Assembly: GCA_963664085.2 (NCBI GenBank)
Contig: CAXXLO010000002.1
Coordinates: forward strand, 3,680,290-3,744,289
Length of the DNA stretch: 64,000 bases
DNA from: Caldilineaceae bacterium
GTDB lineage: Bacteria > Chloroflexota > Anaerolineae > Caldilineales > Caldilineaceae
Direction of reading: 5' to 3'
A program made the position numbers and the translations under genes. Under the pieces are notes generated by a model. The model searched no databases. It had not been told where the DNA came from and saw only the letters and a program-made list of their open reading frames with translations. Shown one piece after another: positions 1 through 7,423 of this stretch. The stretch's first letter is position 1; each line of letters begins with the position of its first letter.

Positions 1-313
1 GAAGATGTGCAAGGACAAGCGCAAATGCGGATTTTCCCGTACCATAGTCTCCGGTAATTCGCCACGCCCGGCGGCCGGAGCCAGGTCGGAGCCCTTCAAG
101 CAAGCGGCAAAACTGCGCCACCATTGTGGGCGTAGCAACATAATTACTTAAAGATGTTGGATCACTAAAATCTCGTTCAAGATGTACCGAGCGCAAGTAG
201 CGCTCCGGAAGACGGAAAAGACTATCTATCCTGAGGCGAATACTGCCAAAGTCGTCAGTTCCTATACCCTCACGCTTCCGAAGCGTGGCGTGGGGAGGCT
301 GTGACTCAAACAT
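1..313 (-). CDS. P-loop NTPase, N-terminal part only (gene runs off the left edge); SspC-like by its position after the DUF4007 gene
   Basis: Not in the ORF track because it is truncated. My minus-strand translation from ATG 313..311 reads MFESQPPHATLRKREGIGTDDFGSIRLRIDSLFRLPERYLRSVHLERDFSDPTSLSNYVATPTMVAQFCRLLEGLRPGSGRRAWRITGDYGTGKSAFALVLAHL and stays open to position 1. Walker A GDYGTGKS lies at 52..29. The ATG overlaps the upstream stop (308..306) by 8 nt. Confidence 0.6.
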   Translation of the reverse strand, partial: MFESQPPHATLRKREGIGTDDFGSIRLRIDSLFRLPERYLRSVHLERDFSDPTSLSNYVATPTMVAQFCRLLEGLRPGSGRRAWRITGDYGTGKSAFALVLAHL

Positions 314-1235
314 TACATTCGCCCTCCAAGTAGATAGCATCCAGAAAATCCAGATTCACATCATTGTTGCGAGAGACCAACCCCTGGACGGCTGACGGCT
401 GGTAGTTATAGGGGCGGGATACATCGGGCTTTGTGTAGACGTCTAGGCGCGCACGTATATCGTCTTCCGGGAGCTTAAATGTCTGACCGATACTTCCCGT
501 TGCGAAAGCAACGTCGCGGTATGTAAGGGTGGCTTCTCCAGCGTGGCGCTTCTCCCAAAAATCGTTCAAACAATACTCAAAGAGGGCCGTGGTGATGTCG
601 GGCTTGGTTTCGCGACGAAAGGCATAGACCGGTTCTCTTCGTCCGGAACCGTCGACACGACGCTCCCCTGATACTTGAAGAATCTCCAACTCGGCCAGAG
701 GACAGTCTAGAGCTTCCTCAGAAGGCCGTGCGTTCCCTCCTCTGGGAACATAGGTGTGAAGAAAGACATCTAAGTGTTCACCCAAAGTGACTTCTGAGCG
801 GGACTGGTTCAGACGTCGTGACTCTCGGTTGAATGCAGAAAGGGCTTCGCTGCGGGTCAACTCAGCATATGGCCACTTATGAAATAGATAATCCCATGCG
901 AAAAGCGCGCCATCCGGGCGTGACGTAACATTCCAATGTAGTAGCCAAAGCGTTCGGATATCTTCCAAAAAGGGATCATATCCTGAGTCGGAAAAAATTG
1001 CGTTTCCAAAGGGGGTCGGTTTAAGTGTCCTGTTACTGCCGGGCTCCGCTACTCCCATTGTCTCGACCCAGAAACGTATAGAGCGGACCATATTCTTGCC
1101 GACTCCCAGGCGTACCATCGCGCGTTCTTGATCCGAAAAGATGCTCGGGTCTTCGACAATTGCATTGTAGCCTTTCGGCAGCCATGCGTAGCGACAGGCA
1201 AAGCTTTCATGTCCCGAATACCTATAACTATCCAT
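306..1235 (-). CDS. DUF4007 family protein (SspB-like component of Ssp-type DNA phosphorothioation)
   Basis: 309-aa ORF. The N-terminus YSGHESFACRYAWLPKGY fits my recollection of the DUF4007 signature. It lies between a cysteine desulfurase and a P-loop ATPase on the same strand. Confidence 0.65.
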   Translation of the reverse strand: MDSYRYSGHESFACRYAWLPKGYNAIVEDPSIFSDQERAMVRLGVGKNMVRSIRFWVETMGVAEPGSNRTLKPTPFGNAIFSDSGYDPFLEDIRTLWLLHWNVTSRPDGALFAWDYLFHKWPYAELTRSEALSAFNRESRRLNQSRSEVTLGEHLDVFLHTYVPRGGNARPSEEALDCPLAELEILQVSGERRVDGSGRREPVYAFRRETKPDITTALFEYCLNDFWEKRHAGEATLTYRDVAFATGSIGQTFKLPEDDIRARLDVYTKPDVSRPYNYQPSAVQGLVSRNNDVNLDFLDAIYLEGECNV

Positions 1236-1315
1236 CTTTCAAGACGATTCGAGGACCGAGGGATGATTTCCTGGGCAAGCGCCGAATTCGCCGATATAAA
1301 CATTGTCATGCATGG

Positions 1316-2485
1316 CTATCTTCCTAACACACTTTGGATAGAAAGTATTGCCTCAGAGATATACATTGCCGCTCGGTTTATCTCATCGTCGGTGGTGAAC
1401 TTTCCTATCCCAATGCGAATGGCTCCATCTTGTAAGGATTCCGACAGTCCCATCGCTTGAAGCACATGCGAGGGAACTTGGGTCGCTGATGAACATGCTG
1501 AGCCTGTGGACAGAGCGACAAGGTGGCGCAATCTGGCGATAATGGCGTCGTTCGGGACGCCAGGAACTGAGACATGAAGGTTGTTGACCAGACGATGCTG
1601 AAGATCACCATTTACTACAAGCCCTTCTATGTCGGCAATCAGAAGCTCTTGCAGCCGATTGCGCTGTGCCGCCATACGTGGCTCATCATGCGACATTGCG
1701 CAGCGAAGCAACTGACAAGCCTTTCCAAGGCCAACGATTCCTGGAACGTTAGGTGTGCCTTCCTTCACCCCCGGAACAACCCACTCCCCAGACCCGAAAC
1801 GAAATTCTGCGGGCATAACTAATGCGCCTATTCCTTTCGGGCCGTAAATCTTGTGCGCGCTTAACGTGAGATAAGCTATTCCCCATTCATATGCCTTTAG
1901 GGGGATGTGCCCCACCGCTTGGGTCGCATCGACAAGGGTCTGAGCCCCAGCGGACTCCACAAATCTTACAACATCCGCGATGGGGTAGATTGTTCCCACC
2001 TCATTGTTTGCAGCCATCACACAGACAAGGTCGATGCCGCTTTGACAGATTTCTCTCAAAGCGCCCACATCCAGTCGAGCTTGTTTGTCGACTGGAATCA
2101 GCCGCACACTTACTTCGCCTCGCTGCTCGTAAAACGCGACAGCATCTTGGACTGCCCGGTGTTCAACAGTCGACAACGCCACTCGAAGCTGCTTACGTCG
2201 TCTTGAAGCAACCGCGTGCGATATAGCGAGCCAGATGCTTTCCGTTGAACCGCTAGTAAAGTGAACTCCTTCTGACTCAGCACCCACCAATTCCGCAACC
2301 TCACGTCTAGCATGGGAGACTTGATCAGCCGCCACTTCACCGTAGACGTGCTCAACGCTATTCGCGTTCCCAAATGTAGTCGTCATAACATCCGAAATGA
2401 CAGCGACCACGCGGGGGTCTACAGGTGTGGTGGCATGATGGTCCAGGTAAATTGGGGGAGGAGTGGGTAAACTCACGCTATGCAT
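1316..2485 (-). CDS. Cysteine desulfurase (class V aminotransferase; SspA/DndA/IscS-like)
   Basis: 389 aa. It has the N-terminal LDHHATTPVD motif, the PLP-lysine motif SAHKIYGPKGIGAL and the active-site Cys loop STGSACSS. Confidence 0.9.
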   Translation of the reverse strand: MHSVSLPTPPPIYLDHHATTPVDPRVVAVISDVMTTTFGNANSVEHVYGEVAADQVSHARREVAELVGAESEGVHFTSGSTESIWLAISHAVASRRRKQLRVALSTVEHRAVQDAVAFYEQRGEVSVRLIPVDKQARLDVGALREICQSGIDLVCVMAANNEVGTIYPIADVVRFVESAGAQTLVDATQAVGHIPLKAYEWGIAYLTLSAHKIYGPKGIGALVMPAEFRFGSGEWVVPGVKEGTPNVPGIVGLGKACQLLRCAMSHDEPRMAAQRNRLQELLIADIEGLVVNGDLQHRLVNNLHVSVPGVPNDAIIARLRHLVALSTGSACSSATQVPSHVLQAMGLSESLQDGAIRIGIGKFTTDDEINRAAMYISEAILSIQSVLGR

Positions 2486-2577
2486 TGTTCAGCTTTGATT
2501 GGCTTTGTCAGGACAGGCAGTTTGTAAATGGCCCAAACTGGTAGACGGATCGTGGGCCGTAATAACTGGCATTCTTA

Positions 2578-2718
2578 GAAGCTGTTTGAAAAGTCATCAG
2601 GGTCGGCCACAAGGCTCAAAAACGACTTCCGAGAGGTGGCGATATCCTCTATCTGCACGTCACAATTCGCACCTCTGGTGCCGTTCCAGCCCTGACCTGA
2701 CCCTTTTCAAACAGGCTC
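2578..2718 (+). mobile_element. 141-bp MITE, a non-autonomous derivative of the IS5-family element at 34660..35520
   Basis: The ends GAAGCTGTTTGAAAAG ... CTTTTCAAACAGGCTC are inverted repeats and match the IS termini. It is flanked by TTA/TTA (2575..2577 and 2719..2721). A second copy with about 3 mismatches lies inverted at 42678..42818. Confidence 0.8.
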
Positions 2719-3662
2719 TTACGCGCCCTGTGAGGAAGAGAAGTGTAACGCCATACCGGAGGATTTTGGCCCCCCAATGTTATTCACCAGTGGAGCATAT
2801 CTGAGGGTCTAGCCATTCGTCCATAGTAGCCCTCCCGAACATTCGGCTGGCTCTTGCCTTCAGGGAAGGGATTTCTTCCAGCTAGACCGACCGTTCAAAA
2901 CAGGTCAGCAATAGATGCGAGACTGTCTTCAGAGGGTCTGACAGTCATTTGCCAGCCTCTCGCAAGAGCAATTATTGCTGTAATGGACGGTACGCAGATA
3001 CAGTGCTTGCATCCTAATCGTTACCTTGATATTGGTCAAGATTGGTAAGCCGCCGCCTCACGGGAAACGCCTGCCATTTCCGGTGGACTCCAGAAGGATG
3101 TCCAGACTATGGGTAGGATCCTAACACTCGACGGATGTGCTGGATTTAGCGATTGTTTAGCGACCCAGGAGGTTGAGTGCCATACACAGAAAAGTGGCTT
3201 TGAAATTCTGGACATGACCTTGGCGAATGGGGCGTTCATCCTTACTATGAACGATTCTGTCAGAATGAGATATCCGGCCCTGATTTCATACGCTCTGTTC
3301 ATCTCATCTGCGATCTCTTCATATATCTCTGGGTCGCGTACCTTACTGCACTTCTGCCCTATCGCCTTTCTACCCTTCCAACCATTTTTTGTCCGTCTCT
3401 ACAGCAAGTTTTCTTTCCACTCACTCTGAAGTATATCCTGATTTTCCCATGTCGTAGGCATCAGAGCCAGATTGGAGTATACTTCTCCAAGTAAATTTCA
3501 CCGCAGACAAATCCTGATGCATTCAACTCGATCTGATGTCCCGACAGCTTGCGTTTTAGTGTTGGGTTCAGAAGTTATCGCCTCCCCCAACGGACAACGC
3601 TTCTCAAGTCTAAAGCAATCAAAGTACGGCAAAGTTGTGTCCTCTTGACCTTCCGGGGAACC

Positions 3663-4553
3663 ATGATGGACAGAGAATCAGTTCTTGAGAAATTCAAGAC
3701 GTTGAATCTCTTTAGAAATGACGGAGTAAGGGCACCGCACAAGCCCCTGCTGGTAATCCTCGCCATCGGTGAATTGCTGCGGGGCAAGGGACGCCTGCTG
3801 CCATATTCTGAGATCGACACCAAACTTGGAAAGCTACTGAGCGAGTACGGCCCCAGGCGGACGAGCCAAGGAACACAGTACCCGTTTTGGCGGCTTCAAA
3901 ATGACGGCATTTGGATCGTTTCCGATGCCAAGAGGGTTCGCCGAACAGGCAGTGGGGACGCATTCAAGAGGGATTTGATCGACTACAATGTTCATGGAGG
4001 ATTTACCAAGGAAATGGCCAGCCTACTTCAGGCAGACTCTGATCTCTCTATTGAAATTGTTCAGGGATTGTTGGACGGGCACTTTCCAGACACGTGGCAT
4101 GAAGACATTTTGCAGAGTGCCGGGATCGAGCTGACTGCTAAAGGCGTCATTCGCCAGAGACGCGACCCGAAGTTTCGGGAGAATATCTTGAAAGCCTATG
4201 AGTATCGCTGCGCCGTATGCGGCTTCGACGTGAGATTGGGGCTTCAGCCTGTCGCTTTGGAGGCCGCCCACATAAAATGGCATCAAGCCGGAGGCCCCGA
4301 TGTAGAAGTGAACGGACTGGCGCTATGTTCGCTTCACCACAAACTATTCGACCGCGGCGCTTTCACATTGTCCGACGAACTGGAGATTCTCGTTTCCGAA
4401 AACGCGCATGGTTCCGCAGGCTTTCAGGAGTGGCTAATGCGTTTCCATGGTGAGAAGCTCAACTTTCCACAGCGACAGACCTACTATCCCAACGCAGACT
4501 ACACCCACTGGCACCTAAACGAAGTGTTTCAGGGAGACTATCGCGAACGCTGA
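3663..4553 (+). CDS. HNH endonuclease with an N-terminal putative modified-DNA (phosphorothioate) binding domain
   Basis: The ORF track gives 3549..4553 from a TTG; I prefer ATG 3663 (MMDRESV..). The HNH core is YRCAVCGFD...EAAHIKWHQAGGPDVEVNGLALCSLHHKLFDRGAF. The N-domain APHKPLLVILAIGELL...QYPFWRLQNDGIWIV resembles, from memory, SBD-HNH type IV enzymes. Confidence 0.6.
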   Translation: MMDRESVLEKFKTLNLFRNDGVRAPHKPLLVILAIGELLRGKGRLLPYSEIDTKLGKLLSEYGPRRTSQGTQYPFWRLQNDGIWIVSDAKRVRRTGSGDAFKRDLIDYNVHGGFTKEMASLLQADSDLSIEIVQGLLDGHFPDTWHEDILQSAGIELTAKGVIRQRRDPKFRENILKAYEYRCAVCGFDVRLGLQPVALEAAHIKWHQAGGPDVEVNGLALCSLHHKLFDRGAFTLSDELEILVSENAHGSAGFQEWLMRFHGEKLNFPQRQTYYPNADYTHWHLNEVFQGDYRER

Positions 4554-4561
4554 CCGCCTTC

Positions 4562-4818
4562 CCTGACCAGTGCCGGACGTGGACTTCTACTGCAACGGCT
4601 ACTCCCCCTGGCCCGGCGCAACGGACGCGCATCTGATGCGGCTCTCCATGTACGAGCGCACGCCCGACACGATGAACGTCAGACACGGCGCCCAGTTCAG
4701 CGTGTCCACGCGCCTGAAGGGATTCGCTCGCTACGGCGGGGCGTTTGATTTCCTGGGCGAGGGCCACTTTTTCGGACAGATCGGCGAGATTCGCATTTCG
4801 TCCATCAAGAGGTACTGA
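4562..4818 (+). pseudogene. Orphan fragment of a beta-propeller paralogue (no N-terminus)
   Basis: The 109 bp at 4562..4670 equal 5564..5672 (inside the 4845..6257 gene) except for 2 nt. A divergent tail then runs to a stop at 4816..4818. The fragment starts 8 nt after the HNH stop. Confidence 0.6.
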
Positions 4819-4844
4819 CCTTTTCGGAAGCCATTTTCGGTCCA

Positions 4845-6257
4845 ATGAGGAGAAAAATCGTGAGAAACTGGGGTCTTGGCCGCGGGAAATGGGTGTTTGT
4901 CGACTGGATTGGCGTGGAACCGGGCTACGGTACGGAGTGGGGCGGCGCAGTTAGCGAGGGCTGGAGCGTTCCACATGGGATAACGCTCAAAGTCCACGAG
5001 CCCACGGTAGATCCCTCGCCGGTGATCGTTGCCGACCGGCCCTGGGAGCAGGGCTATATATCTCCGTACTCGACGTTTCTTGAGGATGGAGGGACGCTCC
5101 GGTGCTGGTACGAAAACGGCGGCGGAATCGGCTATGCCGAGTCGCACGACGGCGTCGAATGGGAGAAACCGAACCTGGGCCTTCAGGCGTGGAACGGGTC
5201 GACCGACAACAACCTGATCGACATTAACCGTCACGGCCACGGCATCTTTATCGATCCCGCATCCGCCCCGTCCGAACGGTACAAAATGGTCAGCTGCCAC
5301 TGGACCGAGACCGAGCGTAAGGTCCTTGGCGCCATTTCCGCGGACGGCCTGCACTGGACGCCCATGGTCATGCCTATTATGGAGTATCAGCATGCCGACA
5401 CCCAGAACATTGGCCACTACGATGTGGAAAGGGCCGAATATATACTCTACACCCGCCAGATGGATGGGAAGTCGAACCGCCGCGGCGTCAACCCTGTGGC
5501 AACGGACAGCTTTCGGCGCTTTGAAAAGTCCGTACCGGTCTTGGAGAACAGTCCACTGGACGCGCCGGACGTGGATATCTACTGCAACGGCTACTCCCCC
5601 TGGCCCGGCGCAACGGACGCGCATCTGATGCGGCTCTCCATGTACGAGCGCACGCCCGACACGATGAACGTCCATCTGGCCACCAGCCGCGACGGCATCG
5701 CCTGGCACAGGCCCCAGGGCCGTAACGCCTGGATCGAAACGGTGCCATCCGCCCAGGGAGCATACAAGACGGTCTATGCCTGCGCCGGGGTTGTGCCGAC
5801 GGGCGCGGGGGAGTGGTCCACGTACGTTGGCGTGAACCGGATGTTGCACAACGAACCGGTGGAACGGAGGACGGGCGCGCCGGGCGAGTCGGGGCTGGTA
5901 CGCGCGGCGGTGCGCGAGGACGGGTTCGTCTCGGTTTCCAGCCGGGGGCGCGGCGGCTTCTGGACGGTTCCTTTCGAGCTGAACTCGGATTCGATCGGCA
6001 TCAATGCGGATACCCTTTATTCCGGCTTCCTGCGCTGCCAGATCCTGTCCTCCAGTCCCGGAGACGTCGGCAGCGACACTCGGTTCATCCACACCATCGA
6101 GGGCTACACGCTTGAAGAGTGCCAGCCGATAGTCGGGAATCAGATTGACGCTCCTCTAACGTGGAACGGAAGCGCCGACTTGAGCCAACTGCGGGGCCAG
6201 ACAGTCCGCCTCAGGTTTGACTTGTACAAGGCTGATCTGTACGCAATAAAGTTCTAA
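4845..6257 (+). CDS. Beta-propeller glycoside-hydrolase-like protein, paralogue 1 (function unknown)
   Basis: 470 aa. It has a blade motif GYAESHDGVEWEKPNLG and a C-terminal beta-sandwich-like tail (EDGFVSVSS...LRFDLYKADLYAIKF) shared with 7424, 12791 and 43206. Confidence 0.75.
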   Translation: MRRKIVRNWGLGRGKWVFVDWIGVEPGYGTEWGGAVSEGWSVPHGITLKVHEPTVDPSPVIVADRPWEQGYISPYSTFLEDGGTLRCWYENGGGIGYAESHDGVEWEKPNLGLQAWNGSTDNNLIDINRHGHGIFIDPASAPSERYKMVSCHWTETERKVLGAISADGLHWTPMVMPIMEYQHADTQNIGHYDVERAEYILYTRQMDGKSNRRGVNPVATDSFRRFEKSVPVLENSPLDAPDVDIYCNGYSPWPGATDAHLMRLSMYERTPDTMNVHLATSRDGIAWHRPQGRNAWIETVPSAQGAYKTVYACAGVVPTGAGEWSTYVGVNRMLHNEPVERRTGAPGESGLVRAAVREDGFVSVSSRGRGGFWTVPFELNSDSIGINADTLYSGFLRCQILSSSPGDVGSDTRFIHTIEGYTLEECQPIVGNQIDAPLTWNGSADLSQLRGQTVRLRFDLYKADLYAIKF

Positions 6258-6289
6258 CTGCCAGACAAATCGATCTGCCAGACAAATCG
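6258..6289. repeat. Two direct copies of CTGCCAGACAAATCG (17-bp period)
   Basis: Copies at 6258..6272 and 6275..6289, directly after the stop codon at 6255..6257. Confidence 0.8.
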
Positions 6290-6407
6290 CTGAGCGGAGC
6301 GGGGGACGGAAGCAAGCGTTCCTTCATGCACCCGCGGGACATGCTTGACCCTCAATCCCAGATTGTATACACTTCCGTGGAAAGACTGTGGACCAGCACT
6401 TTGACAA

Positions 6408-6455
6408 TGAAAACAAAGTGACACTGAAAACAGAGTGACGCTGAAAACAAAGTGA
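6408..6455. repeat. Three tandem 17-bp units with core TGAAAACARAGTGA, just upstream of a PhyH gene
   Basis: Cores at 6408..6421, 6425..6438 and 6442..6455. The array ends 14 nt before ATG 6470. Confidence 0.8.
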
Positions 6456-6469
6456 GGGACTGAACGACC

Positions 6470-7372
6470 ATGCGATCAATGACCGTTGCAGACGGGACGA
6501 AGGTCACGATGTCGGGGCACGAGCTTGTTTTTGGCGAGAATATTTTTGCGCCGCGTGACGCGAACGACATCGCAGGGGACATGGCGGCGCTGCGCGCCAG
6601 GATCGAGGAGGACGGCTACCTGTTGATTCGCGATTTTTACGACCGCGATGCAGTTATGGCCGCCCGCGCAGACATTCTCTCCTATCTGGCTGAGGAGGGC
6701 TGCCTGGATCCGGAGGCACCACCTGAAGAGGGTGTAATTGGTCCCGGAAACGAAGGCGCGGCGCTGCGCCACGAGGTTGTCGTCAACATGCACGCGTACC
6801 TGCGGGTGGTCAATTCGGAGCGGGTCATGGCATTCTTCGAGGCGTTTCTCGGCGGCCCGACTTTGACACTGGACCACAAGTGGCCGCGGGCGGTGAGGCG
6901 GGCCCACAGCACGGGCGCACACTACGACGTCGTGTTCATGGGCGCAGGCACAAAGGCGCTATACACGGTGTGGACGCCCCTGGACGATCTGTCACTCGAA
7001 ATGGGACCGCTGGCCTTCTGCCCGGGGTCCAACAAGCTGGACGTCCTGCGCCGCACTTACGGGACCGCCGACGCCCACAATGACGTGACCGACGGCCACC
7101 TCAGCCGCAACCCCCTTGAGCTGATCGAGAAGTTCGGTGTCAAGTGGTCGTCGACGCCGTTTGGCGCGGGCGACGTCATTATCTTCGGCATGTACTTTCT
7201 GCACGGCTCCCTCGACAACGTCTCCAACCGCTACCGACTCAGCACGGACAACCGCTACCAGCTGGCCTCCGAACCGGTCGACGAACGCCACATGGGACAA
7301 CATCCCGACCAGATTCCCAAGGCCGAAAACCGCAAGACCATGGCCGAGATGCGCGAAAAGTGGGGAATTTGA
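6470..7372 (+). CDS. Phytanoyl-CoA dioxygenase (PhyH) family Fe(II)/2-oxoglutarate oxygenase
   Basis: 300 aa. It has an HxD motif (STGAHYDVVF), YTVWTPLDD, GPLAFCPGS and a distal His (FLHGS). Confidence 0.8.
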   Translation: MRSMTVADGTKVTMSGHELVFGENIFAPRDANDIAGDMAALRARIEEDGYLLIRDFYDRDAVMAARADILSYLAEEGCLDPEAPPEEGVIGPGNEGAALRHEVVVNMHAYLRVVNSERVMAFFEAFLGGPTLTLDHKWPRAVRRAHSTGAHYDVVFMGAGTKALYTVWTPLDDLSLEMGPLAFCPGSNKLDVLRRTYGTADAHNDVTDGHLSRNPLELIEKFGVKWSSTPFGAGDVIIFGMYFLHGSLDNVSNRYRLSTDNRYQLASEPVDERHMGQHPDQIPKAENRKTMAEMREKWGI

Positions 7373-7423
7373 ACCGGCCTAGACTGACATTAACAACTTT
7401 TCTTACAGGGACTCCATTGCGCC

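Noticed and set aside
2499-2804. A 101-aa ORF at 2499..2804 and a 66-aa ORF at 42610..42810 that share the peptide ..RPQGSKTTSER.RYPLSARHNSHLWCRSSPDLTLFKQAL.
   Set aside because: The shared peptide is simply the translated MITE. The ORFs start and end in unrelated flanking DNA, so they are not genes.
2719-3662. Small ORFs in the low-GC spacer between the MITE and the HNH gene (2854..3048, 3036..3302 minus, 3109..3429). One is a minus-strand stretch reading ..KVRDPEIYEEIADEMNRAYEIRAGYLILTESF...
   Set aside because: I recognise no motifs and see no convincing RBS, and the ORFs overlap each other. The minus-strand stretch may be a gene remnant, but I cannot support a call.
6408-6455. The tandem repeats as a miniature CRISPR array.
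   Set aside because: There are only three 14-nt cores separated by 3-nt gaps. There are no spacers of CRISPR length and no cas genes.
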